A DNA stretch of 64,000 bases from Candidatus Poribacteria bacterium (GCA_965208675.1 OZ242351.1:3008001-3072000), one strand, 5' to 3'. Positions 9,499 through 20,807 are shown, numbered from the stretch's first letter. The notes: generated from the letters alone by a model not told the origin. A program made the numbers and translations.

Positions 9499-11046
9499 TC
9501 AACGGGTTTCTTTTCGAAGCCCCATCCACACGCAAACTGCCATACCCAAAAGAACAATGGCGAACGGGAAGCCGGTGGCAAGCGAAGCCGCCTGTAACGA
9601 CTGCAGTCCACCGCCAAGGAGCAGCGCGATGGCAACCAACCCTTCAATCGTGCACCAGAAAACACGTTGAGGCACCGGTGCGTCAATTTTGCCGCCCGCT
9701 GCGATGGTGTCAATGATTAGCGAGCCAGAATCCGACGACGTGACGAAAAAGATAATCGTCAAAAGCATAGCGACGGATGAAAGCAGCATCGTCCACGGCA
9801 GTTCATCGAACATCTTAAAAAGCGCGATTTCCAGCTTCCACGCCTCAACGTTCTCCGTTACACCGGTATAGCCGTCAACGATATGCTGGTGTAGCGCCGT
9901 GCCGCCAAAGGCGCCAAACCACAGTAAACATAACAGCGTCGGCAGAAGTAACACAAAGATTACGAACTGCCGTACCGTCCGCCCCTTTGAAATGCGCGCA
10001 ATGAACGTGCCCACGAACGGCGCCCACGCTATCCACCACGCCCAGTAGAACGTGGTCCAGCCGTGAAAAAAGCCGGTGTCGTCACGTCCAATCCAGTTGC
10101 TGAGCGGCACAATTTTAACGGCGTAGTCAACCAATCCATTGAACATGCTGCGGAAAATGTACAGCGTTGGACCGAGTATGATAACAGCCAACAGCAATAA
10201 GAACGCGAGGATTATGTTAAACTGGCTAAGACGCTTGATCCCGACATTAATTCCCGTTATCACCGATGTCAGCGCGACAGCCGTTATCACAACAATCAAC
10301 ACCACCATCGTGGTATTGTTTGCGGGAACGTCAAATAGGTAGTTCATGCCGGATGTGACCTGTTTGACCCCCAAACCGAGAGATGTTGCCAGCCCAAACA
10401 GACCCGCGAAGATGGCGAAGGTATCAATGACATGGCCAGGCCAACCCCAGACGCGGTCGCCGAGCAGGGGATGGAACACCGAGCGGATCGTGAGAGGAAG
10501 GCCCCGATTGAAAGCGAAGTATGCGAGCGCAAGTCCGACAACGCCGTAGACTGCCCAGCCTTGAATTCCCCAGTGAAAGACGGTCGCAGATATGCCGGTG
10601 ACTGCAGCTCCCGGCGACCCGGCATCAATGCCGAGCGGCGGGTTCTTCAGGTAGTACATCGGTTCCGCCACGCCGAAAAACAGTAGACCGATGCCTACGC
10701 CTGCCGCAAAGAGCATAGCTGTCCACGTCAAATTGGAGTATTCCGGCTCCGCATCTGCTCCCCCAAGGCGAACCTTGCCGAGCGGCGAGAACGCCACAAC
10801 CAAACAGAACAGCGTGACAAGATTGACTGTAATCATAAACAACCAATCAAGGTTCGTCGTGAGCCAGACGCGGACATCTCCAAACAATTTCGTCGCACCT
10901 TCCTGAAACACAAGCGCACCGACGACAAAGATAAGGATGGCGATTGCGGAAATTACGAAGACTGGAGTCAAATAGATATCTAAACCGAATAACTTCCGGT
11001 ATTCCCTGTCTTGCGGCAATTGAGTTTGATTTCCTTCTTCGTGCAT
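9499..11046 (-). CDS. BCCT-family (betaine/choline/carnitine) transporter
   Basis: MLFAAGVGIGLLFFGVAEP, FHWG, WTTFYWAWWIAWAPFVGTFIARISKGRT and FFVTSSDSG motifs. Confidence 0.95.
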   Translation of the reverse strand: MHEEGNQTQLPQDREYRKLFGLDIYLTPVFVISAIAILIFVVGALVFQEGATKLFGDVRVWLTTNLDWLFMITVNLVTLFCLVVAFSPLGKVRLGGADAEPEYSNLTWTAMLFAAGVGIGLLFFGVAEPMYYLKNPPLGIDAGSPGAAVTGISATVFHWGIQGWAVYGVVGLALAYFAFNRGLPLTIRSVFHPLLGDRVWGWPGHVIDTFAIFAGLFGLATSLGLGVKQVTSGMNYLFDVPANNTTMVVLIVVITAVALTSVITGINVGIKRLSQFNIILAFLLLLAVIILGPTLYIFRSMFNGLVDYAVKIVPLSNWIGRDDTGFFHGWTTFYWAWWIAWAPFVGTFIARISKGRTVRQFVIFVLLLPTLLCLLWFGAFGGTALHQHIVDGYTGVTENVEAWKLEIALFKMFDELPWTMLLSSVAMLLTIIFFVTSSDSGSLIIDTIAAGGKIDAPVPQRVFWCTIEGLVAIALLLGGGLQSLQAASLATGFPFAIVLLGMAVCVWMGLRKETR

Positions 11047-11106
11047 TTTCAAATATTCTCCTTCCGGTTGGACAGACACAGCAGTCCATTGTTGCAAGCG
11101 CAGCGC

Positions 11107-12414
11107 TTAGAAATAGTAACCCAAGTTAAAGTTAATTCGCCAATTCCACGCGTCATTGCCGTTGGCGCCATAGTCGCCGGCACCCGTATAAATGTTGGCG
11201 TAGTCCTCTACCTTTCCGTCAGCATCAACGTTGCCCACAAATCCGTTGCCGTTGGAAAGCGCCAAATCACTATAGACATACAAGGCGCCAAACAACGTCC
11301 AGCTAGCGCCAAGTGTCACCAAGGTGCTGTTGTTAAAGTTATCCACCGTTTTTAGGATCGTACTGGCTTCAACATAAGGGGTAACATTGTCCATCCACGA
11401 GATACCCGACGCATCAATACCGTTGTAGCGCAGATTTAGCGCGGGAATCAATCCCTTGGACGCTATGGGCCATGCAAAATCGTAAGCGCCCATCGGGATT
11501 AGGTCGCCGGTGCCCCAGGGCGTCTCATCGGTAATGTTGTATGCATAATAGGAAAATTGAGAGTAGACTGTGAAATCCGAGAACGTGTTCTTCATGTGCG
11601 CGGAAAGCGCATAGTGATTCGCGCCGTCATCGTCCACATCCGTCCCCTTCAACAACCCGTATTGAACCGACGCGCCGACATCCGCAATGTTCTCAAGCGA
11701 ATAAATGCCGCGCAGGTTGAATTGATGTTGCTCATCGAACCCGTGTTCAACAGCAGAAACGTCCCAATCAACATCTCCTTTTTTGATCTCTTTTTCTTCA
11801 TTATTCTCTAGAACTTTTGTATCGTCCTTTGGATAGACTTTGGTATCCCACGTGACGATGTCATAACTGAACCGCGAACTCGCAACGCTGCTTCCCTCCG
11901 TCTGGGGTTCGCTCTGAAGAAAGTAGCCTACATCAAGCGCCAGCTTGCCCATGGTGTCGCTCCATCTGATTCCCACATCCATATCGTCCGAAAGCCCGAC
12001 ATAAAAATGTTGATCGAAGAACCAACTGCTTGAGACACCATAAGCAGTAGGTCCAAACGGAACCCGTACGACACCCGCCTTCACTGTGCCCAACTCGCCG
12101 AGGTTATACCCTAGCCAAGCGGTGTGTATCATGCTGTAGGTATCGTACCATCGGTATTCCAGTCTACTGATAACATTATTATAGTCCAAATCGGCATTCA
12201 GGCGGAAAAGCTCAAGGTCGGCATCTCCAATGTTTTCGCCTCGGCGGTGCGCCTTGTCCTCATCACCGTAGGTGCCGTAGGCATATCCCACCCGAATAGC
12301 GCCGCCAATCTTAATCGGGCTTTTTTTGTCCTCGGCAACCGCAACCCATTGCGAGGCAAACAACAGAAATACGATCCCGAGACTCAAGGTTCGTGTGTAA
12401 CTCTTACATTTCAC
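11107..12414 (-). CDS. Putative outer-membrane beta-barrel/porin upstream of the BCCT gene
   Basis: Signal peptide, amphipathic beta-strands, C-terminal RINFNLGYYF. Confidence 0.7.
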   Translation of the reverse strand: MKCKSYTRTLSLGIVFLLFASQWVAVAEDKKSPIKIGGAIRVGYAYGTYGDEDKAHRRGENIGDADLELFRLNADLDYNNVISRLEYRWYDTYSMIHTAWLGYNLGELGTVKAGVVRVPFGPTAYGVSSSWFFDQHFYVGLSDDMDVGIRWSDTMGKLALDVGYFLQSEPQTEGSSVASSRFSYDIVTWDTKVYPKDDTKVLENNEEKEIKKGDVDWDVSAVEHGFDEQHQFNLRGIYSLENIADVGASVQYGLLKGTDVDDDGANHYALSAHMKNTFSDFTVYSQFSYYAYNITDETPWGTGDLIPMGAYDFAWPIASKGLIPALNLRYNGIDASGISWMDNVTPYVEASTILKTVDNFNNSTLVTLGASWTLFGALYVYSDLALSNGNGFVGNVDADGKVEDYANIYTGAGDYGANGNDAWNWRINFNLGYYF

Positions 12415-12715
12415 AGCATTTATCCTTTCAATTATTGCATAGGCAGATAAGAACCTGCCCTGCTTATGTCTATCCGATGCGAAAATTCGCGAAGCCGTAT
12501 CATTTAGATACCGTTCGCCTTAGTGAATTCTTGTGTACGAGAACACTCACTTCCAGAGTATATCTCTAGGCGAGCCGTAATCATCGAACTCTGAACTCAT
12601 TATAAACCTTATACAAATTAAAGTCAACTGCAATTTATCATGGAATCGTACCATGCAAGGCACAACAAACCCCACCCATTCCCGTTGGGCGGGATTCTCG
12701 TCGGGCAGGTCTCTC

Positions 12716-13170
12716 GTAGGTCGGGCTTCCAGCCCGACACCCACCATCCCCCATAGGAGCGATCTCCGAATCGCGACAAACCACTTGTGGGAGCGGCTTC
12801 CAGCCGCGAAATAGTAGTAGGCACACTCCGGTCTGTAAAGTTTTTGTAGGTTGGGTTGAGCGGATTTTACCAAATGATGCACAAATTTACGTTCCGCTCT
12901 AAAAGCCTAACGACGAACAAAATCCGATGCACGGAGCGTAACCCAACCTACAAAAACCAGGAACGCTCATGGCGTCAATCGACGAATAGACATCTTTCCT
13001 ATTTAACTCAATGTGGTTGACAAAACCGAAGCGTTAAGGGCAACCACAAGGGTTGCCCCTACAGCGTATTAGCCCAATTTGAGGGTAGTCGTTTTACACC
13101 TGCCACCCCACTGGGGCTAGATGTTGATGTGTAACAGTGATTTCTATATACCTGTCGCCCCTCTGGGGCT
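12716..13170. repeat. Cluster of several GTAG/GTGG REP-like palindrome families
   Basis: gtaggtcgggcttccagcccgac; gtgggagcggcttccagccgcga; gtagtaggcacactccg; gtaggttgggtt...aacccaacctac; gggcaaccacaagggttgcccctac; cgcccctctggggct. Confidence 0.8.
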
Positions 13171-13536
13171 ATCCGGCGGTGGAATTATTTTGGAAAGATG
13201 TCTAATATCAACAGCTCGAAATTCAAGTCCGCATATTTCAACCAAAATTACAGTTTTTACAGTCCATAAAAAAAGGGAATTTTATCGCGGTTTGTGTTAT
13301 CCGAAATAATTAAAAACACTCCTGTAAGGTTGGGTTGGGGGGAGGTAGATTCAGTATATTTTATTTGCGTATTTTGTGAGTAATTGGGAAATAGGAAAAT
13401 TAGCGAAAATGGGCTTAAGGTTAGACAGAGAGCGGGTTGGTGGGTTTGAGTATTTTTGAGTATTTGAAACAATAAGTTGAGAATGCTCGATTTTGAACCC
13501 GCTGACGACCTGATTGATTCAGCCATCATAGTTTCT

Positions 13537-13848
13537 GTAGGTTGGGTAGAGTAAATAACTTAAAAAAGGTTCCGGTAGCAATTTACCGGTACGAGATTCA
13601 AACAATGCCGGCGTCAATATGCGCTGAGCGAAACCCAACGATCAACTGAGCGAATAGCGAAGGCGATAGTCTTCAGTATTAAAAACCTCCGGCAACCCTA
13701 GCGAATTCCTAATTCAACATACCGCTCCGAATTCCAAATACACTCATTCTATTTTCCTGTTCCAAAGGTTCTGGCGATGATGTTTACCGGCCGGTTATCC
13801 GAACGTTCAATAACGTTGGGTTTCGCGAGCACGCGCAACCCAACCTAC
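13537..13848. repeat. Long REP-bounded element, copy 1
   Basis: gtaggttgggtagag...aaacccaac...gttgggtttcgc...cccaacctac; internal sequence highly similar to 15285-15667. Confidence 0.85.
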
Positions 13849-14040
13849 ATTCACCTGGCAATTCTGCACAGAGTCTGCGCAACACAACAATTTACTACTA
13901 GTTGATTTCTTTGCGAGATTTATTGGCGTGCTTTTGTGGCATAGGAGAGTTGAGATTCAGAGGTACAGCCTGTGGGAGGTGTCGAGGAAACACCTCCTGC
14001 CACAGGATAAGGTAGTATTAAGCGAGGCGCGACAATTTAC

Positions 14041-14421
14041 TCACAGAATTGTGTTTATGTGATTTTCAATGTTGACCGAATTTTGAATAAGCGACTGGAT
14101 TTCTTGAGTTTTATTTTGGTAAGTATGCGCATCGTATCGTGCTTTTCTACTCGCCCTATAAAGTGCTTTGTACTGCGGGTATAAGGTACTAAGGTGTTTT
14201 TTGAAATATTCATGTCTCCCGGTATTCTGCCGGTTACTGCTGTGCCCAATTGGGTGGATGTTTTTCCGCGCCAAGTAAGAATCAACGGCGTGTAGGGCTT
14301 TGTAGAAGGCGAGTGTCACAATCCAGTCAGCGTGTTGTGGGCTGTTTTGCGATTGTTGAAGGTAAGAGAGCGTGATTTGTGTGCTTGTTTGCTTATCAAT
14401 ATGTTCTCGTTTCGTCGGCAT
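14041..14421 (-). CDS. HEPN-domain protein (putative RNase toxin)
   Basis: DWIVTLAFYKALHAVDSYLA...H...YKALYRASRKARY, the pattern of small HEPN proteins. Confidence 0.7.
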   Translation of the reverse strand: MPTKREHIDKQTSTQITLSYLQQSQNSPQHADWIVTLAFYKALHAVDSYLARKNIHPIGHSSNRQNTGRHEYFKKHLSTLYPQYKALYRASRKARYDAHTYQNKTQEIQSLIQNSVNIENHINTIL

Positions 14422-14483
14422 GGTTTTTCCGTGTTTTCAACTCCATTGATGATAGTTAGAAGGGGCACGGGAATACAGGTGGG

Positions 14484-15080
14484 TTAGCTGAAATTTTCAT
14501 AAAAACATTCAAAATCCTCCAACTCTAGATAATCCTCTGCTGATTCGTATTCCGCAGAGAAGGAAAGAAATCGAAATTTCTGATTTATCTCCAGATCAAG
14601 CTGGGCTAACTCCATGATTATTTCTACAGATTCTTCCGTGAGTAAGACTATGACCTCTGCGTTTTTACCTTCAATTCTTATATAACCCTTCTGGACATGA
14701 GGAATTTCTTCCAATTTTGCACTATAGAGTTGTTTAAGTTCTTGCCATGCTGCGGGTTCAACTTCTACGATAATTCGCTTTAGGAACATGTAGTCTTGAG
14801 ACTTTGGAGCACTGTCCTCTAACTCCTTATAGCGGGCAACAATTCTCGAGCACAATTTTGACTTCGCCTCTTTTTCGTTGGCGCCTGTGCTGTGTAGTTC
14901 GACATCATCGTAGGTAGCCTTCACAGCATCATCTGTTCTTTCGATTAAGATTGGAATTGGTTGACGTAGGTGGTAAGCGGGATGCTGAAGATTTTGAACC
15001 CAATGCGTTTCAGAAATATGGCGAATTTCTGAACGTATAATGTCACTCAATTGTGCAGGCTTAAGCTCCTCACGTGTCAC
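14484..15080 (-). CDS. Hypothetical protein, possible antitoxin partner of the HEPN gene
   Basis: GTG start with AGGAGG; HicB-like stretch (LHSTGANEKEAKSKL) and an acidic C-terminal domain; directly upstream of the HEPN gene. Confidence 0.5.
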   Translation of the reverse strand: MTREELKPAQLSDIIRSEIRHISETHWVQNLQHPAYHLRQPIPILIERTDDAVKATYDDVELHSTGANEKEAKSKLCSRIVARYKELEDSAPKSQDYMFLKRIIVEVEPAAWQELKQLYSAKLEEIPHVQKGYIRIEGKNAEVIVLLTEESVEIIMELAQLDLEINQKFRFLSFSAEYESAEDYLELEDFECFYENFS

Positions 15081-15284
15081 GATTTCCTCCTAGCTGTCAT
15101 CAATCAAATCATCCTCAAACGTATAATAAGCAACCAAGTCGCTACGAACCTAGAGCGTCCGTAATGCGCCCATACCCCGGCAGGAGACAGAACCGAGGAT
15201 AAACCTACCGAAAAATCTCATCAAGACGCCAAACGCGTCTAAGGGCATCCGACAAACTGGCTCTGGCGATAATATCCAGTTTCT

Positions 15285-15667
15285 GTAGGTTGGGTAGAGT
15301 AATTAATTCAAAAAACGGTTCAGCTTACAGTTAACCGTTCCGAATTTCTAATGATGCCGCTGCCAGTACACGCAGAGCAAAACCCAAGGATCAATTGAGC
15401 GAATAGCGAAGGCGATAGTCTTCAATATTAAAAACCTTCGGCAACCCTAGAAAATTCCGATTACAACACACCGCTCCGAATTCCAAATACTCTCATTGTT
15501 TTTCCTTGTTCCAATCGTGCTGGTGTTGGCGTGTGCCGGTCGGCTATCCGTACGTTTCAAAAACGTTGGGTTTCGCCACGGGCAAGTTACTAAAAACGGC
15601 GTTCGTTGTTTCGAACGGAATTTCTCCATAGGAATGTATTCGGTGTAACCCGCTCAACCCAACCTAC
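15285..15667. repeat. Long REP-bounded element, copy 2
   Basis: Shares gagcgaatagcgaaggcgatagtcttca, ccgctccgaattccaaatac and both GTAG/CTAC ends with copy 1. Confidence 0.85.
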
Positions 15668-16125
15668 AGAAACTCAGCGGAGGAAATCAGGAGCAGACTT
15701 TTAAACTCCTGCCAGAATAACCAAGCGTCCCGCCACAATTCAATTTTTCTGAACACGGAATTGCGAATCTGCTATTGCTATTCGACCATTAGCCTCCTTA
15801 TCAATCGTAAGGGAAACTTTGCGATCTCCGTTTTTGTCGATAATATCGATTCGGCATCCAGACTCATCGCCAACCTGAATACAAATTCCCTCCAGATTTT
15901 CTTCAACATTTGTTTATAGCAGCGAGGCGGTTGTGAATACGATTTATGCCAAAGCGGCAAAGCGGTACGGCGGTGTGCGTGAGATTCTTCCCTTCCGTAT
16001 CGGAAAGTTGCGCAGCCATGCCGCAGAGAGAGGGGACAATCGCCATTATGTCTCTAATCACCGGGGTTATATTTAGTAAATCATGTGTTTGTGGCGCCAG
16101 GTTATCAAGAGTTGCACTATCGCGT

Positions 16126-17475
16126 TTACCTTGTTGGTCGTTTTATTTCCGCCCATGACGTGGTTAGTAACTTGTGCTGTCGCGATACACGGGTGGGATG
16201 GCTAAGGAGGAAGATGTCTCCGTCCAGAGAGCCCACTGTGTGCGTCGTGTCATACTTGCCCGTAGCGACAGAAACTGTTACTTCGGGAAGCGCGATGGTT
16301 GGCGTTATACGACTTCGGTTATACACTGCCCAACCATTAGTAAATTCGCGGATATACAAGCCCGAATAGCGTTGGCGGCCCTCAACGAGATAATGTTCCC
16401 CTTTAGGACCAATCGGCTGTCCTAAATCGACGCCCCAAAAATCGTACCAGTGGTGATCATGCCCAAACTCGAGTGGCCCCTTGGTGTATAGGACTGAACC
16501 GTTATCGCACGTCAGGCTCATCGTGGTAAACAATCGCATCCATCGTATGTTGTCTGGACTGTCGAAGGCTTGTTCAGACATACCCCATCCCTCTAAACAG
16601 TTGACTGTGGGTTGCCGAAGATTTTCGGATGCCCATAAAAGCGTATCTTCAATCTGTGCAATACCAGCAGGTGTGTAGGGATAGTTTGGTTCACCTGGGT
16701 GAGCATCCCATACTGTTTCCATGAAAAGTCCGTTGACGTAAGGAGCATGGCCAGGGTCAGTACGCCAGCGATTGGTGTTCATGACAATGAGGAAATCCTC
16801 GTCGACTTCAGCTCGAATAGCTTTCAGAATAGCTAGCCTTGCTTGGCTTAAAAGGTCATTGTCTACGTAGCGATATGATGCAATATAGCAACATCTGCCT
16901 CCGTCAAAGAATACGCCGTCATACAATTCGCTTTCGGCTGCTAATGCAATTTCTTTGGCTAACAGTTGATGAAAGCCCTTATTTGTAAGGTCGAAAAAAT
17001 AAGTCGTGCCATCCGTGATTCGATTTCCGCCGCTGTCTCTCAGCCAAAACGGTGAGTCGGCTGGCATGTATTCTGGGTCAGCAATCCCAATAAAATCCAT
17101 CGGATAAAGGAACAGCATATTGGGGTTATAGCGCATCATCCATCGCTGCCAATTGCGGCTCTTTGATATGTGACCAGTTGCGACGACGGGTACGTGTTCG
17201 CCGTCCGCTGTGGATTGCCAACGAATGAAGTAGGATCCCCAGTGAACATCGTAAATCGCCATTTCTTGAAGTTCGTTAAAACCCTCAAAACGGTGACGGT
17301 CTATCAAAGGCGGATTGAATACACCGCCCCAGGCGCCAAAGATTGAAGGGTAGCTTCGGGAATCTATCCGTTCCCGAATCGTATCGAGACGGGCTTGCTG
17401 GGCATATACTAAATTTAGAGTGATTACTACCAAAATAACACAAAAACTACTGTACCACAGGCACTTGAATTTCAT
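16126..17475 (-). CDS. Secreted putative glycoside hydrolase (GHL15-like TIM barrel) with 'SWAEIK' tail
   Basis: Signal peptide; YDGVFFD; IVMNTN; GLFME; HYWY-like HHWYDFW; REFTNGWAVYNRS; C-terminal KLLTTSWAEIKR. Confidence 0.65.
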   Translation of the reverse strand: MKFKCLWYSSFCVILVVITLNLVYAQQARLDTIRERIDSRSYPSIFGAWGGVFNPPLIDRHRFEGFNELQEMAIYDVHWGSYFIRWQSTADGEHVPVVATGHISKSRNWQRWMMRYNPNMLFLYPMDFIGIADPEYMPADSPFWLRDSGGNRITDGTTYFFDLTNKGFHQLLAKEIALAAESELYDGVFFDGGRCCYIASYRYVDNDLLSQARLAILKAIRAEVDEDFLIVMNTNRWRTDPGHAPYVNGLFMETVWDAHPGEPNYPYTPAGIAQIEDTLLWASENLRQPTVNCLEGWGMSEQAFDSPDNIRWMRLFTTMSLTCDNGSVLYTKGPLEFGHDHHWYDFWGVDLGQPIGPKGEHYLVEGRQRYSGLYIREFTNGWAVYNRSRITPTIALPEVTVSVATGKYDTTHTVGSLDGDIFLLSHPTRVSRQHKLLTTSWAEIKRPTR

Positions 17476-17703
17476 GGCAAATTCTCCAACTGAATACACA
17501 TAAGATTTAGGAATTTCCAATACGAGCAACCGTCATTTTAGTCTATCTGAAATTTATGCGAACATCAATATCGACTGAAATCATCCCCAAAAACTGGACA
17601 GGCAATTATGGTGGATTTCGGTCGGGCAAAACGCTGTCTCACCAACCGGTTTAGCGGTTGCGTCGGCGTGAATTGCCGCGGGGTTGTGTAGAGATTTAAA
17701 AGC

Positions 17704-17807
17704 GTTGGGGTACGCTACGACCATTTCGCCAATAACAGCGTTCGGCAATAGGAACTGAAATTCTCCGTAGGAATGTATTCGGCGTAACCCGTTTAACCCA
17801 ACCTACA
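17704..17807. repeat. REP-like element (cccaacctac family)
   Basis: gttggggtacgc...taggaatgtattcggcgtaacccgtttaacccaacctac, matching the 3' part of 15285-15667. Confidence 0.65.
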
Positions 17808-17897
17808 AGAACTGATTGTGTGTATTAGCTTCAACATATCACTTCTCCTTAATTTTGGCAGTTGCCATCCCGATGTAAGTCGGCATCGGTACTGGAA

Positions 17898-20591
17898 TCA
17901 TTTAAGGATAACCATCCGTCTTGCAGTGGAGGAGTCTGTTGTGTCGAGTCTATAGAAGTATGGACTACTACTGACTCGCTCGCCGCGGTCATTCCGTCCA
18001 TCCCAATAGGCAGCTTTCTCCCGAGTCAGATAAGAACCAGCGGCTTGATTCCCCAGTTGGAGTGTACGTATACTGCGCCCCGATGCGTCATAAATGGTAA
18101 TGGACACTTCGGACACCTCCGCTAGCTGATACGGAATCCATGTTTCAGGGTTGAACGGATTTGGGTAATTCTGAAGCACTTGAGTGGTCATCGGCACCAA
18201 GTTGGTAAGCGTCGAATGCAGTGTTGAGTAAGCCCGCCGCATATCCTCCAGCGTAACCAGTTTATCTATCTTTCCAAATGGTTCGCCTGAAGTGGCATCC
18301 GTCACAGTCAAACGCAGTGTATCTCCAACGCGGACTAATGGGTTCCGGTTCATATCGGCGAAACCTAACGTCAATCGGGCCCCTGATTCCACGTTCGCGG
18401 TTGTAAGCAGGTTGTTCGTTCTGAGGTTTTTCACGGAAACATGGTAAGGTCCAGGGTAACCTTCTCCGTCTATCACGCCGTCAACAACAAATGCCCATAG
18501 ATTTTGCGGAATAGGCGTTGCCGATGGGGCTGCGATACCTTCCGCATCCGGTGAATCGCTCCAGCCTGCTCCCGTGAACTTGACATCGCCGCCATTAGGC
18601 GTATTGACGATATAACCGCGTCCGCCCTCAATCTGAAATCCGTCGCCCGGAGTATCACGAGTCCATGAGACGAATCTGCCTTCGTCAGAGATACTGATTA
18701 CCATCGTCGCGCCGATAAATTCCATGAAACTCCTAGCCGTATGCGGTTCCAATGGACGCAGCGGCAACGATATATTATTCAAGCCGTTATTTAAGGGCAC
18801 CGTATACGAGAGTTTGCCGGTAGCTTCCTCCGGCAGCACGACATCTTCAACAGAGCCGTCCAGCGTACTGACCATGGTCGCTAGATTGTTCGTCGCTCGG
18901 TGAAAAAACGGCGGCCAAAAACGTCTGGCGGCTTGAACCTTCTCAATCTCTTGCGTCGCCGGCGCCGATTCACCCGATGTCAGAAGGATGAATGCGACGC
19001 GAAAGTCCTTTTGGGAAGAATCAGCATGCGGGATTCGCTCTCCGTTTGCTGCGACGATGCCTTCAATGGTAACTTCCTCTTTCTCGCCGCGGAATGACAC
19101 GTCTGCCATTGGGTTTAGAAATTGCAAATCACCCCATAAACGCGGATTGTCGAACGGCGGCGGAATGTCTATATCATAGGGGTTTACGACTAGAAATGTC
19201 GGCGGCACCTCCTCCGGTCTTAACAAGCCCATCAAATATAAATCGAGCGGGCCGAATATATCTTTCGGGGTTAGCGTGGTGAAAGTCCCGTCTCCATTAT
19301 CCCGAATATCGTTGCCGCCCATAACCGAACCAGCCGTATGCAGGAAGAAGTTCCAATGCGTGTAGTCGCGTCCTAACAACTCGACCGGATTTATGTCAAC
19401 CCCCCAACCGTGTCCGAACTCGTGCAATACCACACTCAAGGTAGAAGTTGCAGCGCCGCTGACATTCTCCAATGGATTGTCAGACCATACCTTTAAGTTC
19501 TTCATCACGAGAAAAGTTCTTAGCCTGCCCAGACTGCCGTAATCATCGGTATGATCGAAAATCGGAAAAATATCACTACCGGCATAACCGCTGCCAATCC
19601 CTAAAACATCATTCTTGACGGGAACGGCAAAGGCGAGGACACCAAAGAGGTCTAAATCCGATTCAAAATTGGTAAAGAGCACCAGACTATCAAAGTCGTC
19701 GCCGTAGCTCTTATAAAATTCTCTCGCTACGTTCTGGATATTGACTGTCGATTCCGATACGAAAACTTCAGCGATGGCGCTTGTTGAGCCTTCAACCGGC
19801 AAATCATCAGAATAGTCCACGAGAGTTGTCTGCAAGGCGTTGTTAAGCCCGCCTGGGGATAACCCCACGATGCCAGTTCGGCTTTTGGACGATTCGAAAC
19901 GGATGTCGATGCCGCCCGTGTCGAATAGAACTATTTGCATCGTAATCTCGGAATCATAGCTTTCAAATGATGGAACATTGAACCAAGTGATTGTAATTTG
20001 CCCGGGTGTATCTTTAACTTCTACTGCCGTAGCTTCGTCACTAAATGTAAACGCATCGGGGTTTAAATCCGCATAAAGCGCACCGATGCGAGGCGGACCG
20101 CCCACAAAGTTTTGCAAATCCCTTGCCCGATGACGGGCGACCCCTGTACCGAATGTCAAGTTCCCATCAGAGTTGACGAAGACTTCGGTATACGCCTGTC
20201 CGAAAAACGTGAACGGGAATTCGATGGCAATCTTTCGGCTGTCATCATCGGTCAAATCCAATACTTGGCCGAAAGCCGCTTCAAATTCGACGTCATCGGG
20301 ACTAGACACATCGTATCCGCCCGCGGCATTGGGAGTAAATCGTAAACTGCTATTGGCTAAATCGAAAAAGTTTGTGGGTTGGACGAGGTGTTCGTTACCC
20401 TGAATGACAGCTATGTGTCCTACTTCAGTGGTTGTCGATGGAAAGCTAACTTCGCGCGCAGCATTAACGCTTAGTTGGTGATATGGGGCAGCGCCCGGTT
20501 TTGCCTGAGTTTCTAAACAGAAAAGAACTAAAAGTATTGTGGTTAAGGGCACTAGGATTTTGCGAATCTTCCTAAGCATGGAATCGAACAT
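17898..20591 (-). CDS. Large secreted protein: nidogen-like region, HExxH zinc-metallopeptidase motif, C-terminal FlgD-Ig/CTD-like domain
   Basis: FPFTFFGQAYTEVFVNSDGNLTF; VVLHEFGHGWG; LDLYLMGL; QNYPNPFNPETWIPYQL...WDGRNDRGE...RRMVILK. Confidence 0.85.
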   Translation of the reverse strand: MFDSMLRKIRKILVPLTTILLVLFCLETQAKPGAAPYHQLSVNAAREVSFPSTTTEVGHIAVIQGNEHLVQPTNFFDLANSSLRFTPNAAGGYDVSSPDDVEFEAAFGQVLDLTDDDSRKIAIEFPFTFFGQAYTEVFVNSDGNLTFGTGVARHRARDLQNFVGGPPRIGALYADLNPDAFTFSDEATAVEVKDTPGQITITWFNVPSFESYDSEITMQIVLFDTGGIDIRFESSKSRTGIVGLSPGGLNNALQTTLVDYSDDLPVEGSTSAIAEVFVSESTVNIQNVAREFYKSYGDDFDSLVLFTNFESDLDLFGVLAFAVPVKNDVLGIGSGYAGSDIFPIFDHTDDYGSLGRLRTFLVMKNLKVWSDNPLENVSGAATSTLSVVLHEFGHGWGVDINPVELLGRDYTHWNFFLHTAGSVMGGNDIRDNGDGTFTTLTPKDIFGPLDLYLMGLLRPEEVPPTFLVVNPYDIDIPPPFDNPRLWGDLQFLNPMADVSFRGEKEEVTIEGIVAANGERIPHADSSQKDFRVAFILLTSGESAPATQEIEKVQAARRFWPPFFHRATNNLATMVSTLDGSVEDVVLPEEATGKLSYTVPLNNGLNNISLPLRPLEPHTARSFMEFIGATMVISISDEGRFVSWTRDTPGDGFQIEGGRGYIVNTPNGGDVKFTGAGWSDSPDAEGIAAPSATPIPQNLWAFVVDGVIDGEGYPGPYHVSVKNLRTNNLLTTANVESGARLTLGFADMNRNPLVRVGDTLRLTVTDATSGEPFGKIDKLVTLEDMRRAYSTLHSTLTNLVPMTTQVLQNYPNPFNPETWIPYQLAEVSEVSITIYDASGRSIRTLQLGNQAAGSYLTREKAAYWDGRNDRGERVSSSPYFYRLDTTDSSTARRMVILK

Positions 20592-20807
20592 AACTTTCTC
20601 CTTATGTATGGTAGTTGACACCGATATGCCAGTCGGTATCGGTACGGGTCAAAGTAAACTCACATCGGTCGAGAACACCCGTTGAGAATCTGTCTATAGT
20701 CTTTTCAAAATTTCCGCACCGGCGCCAAGCGCCGCCGGGACGCCGACGAGCAACGTCGGGTGTAGGGACTCAATTTATCACCCCCTTCTTTTTGTTTGCA
20801 ACTGCCT

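Noticed and set aside
12547-13529. Short ORFs in the REP cluster
   Set aside because: They are translations of palindromic repeats or AT-rich spacer with no convincing RBS.
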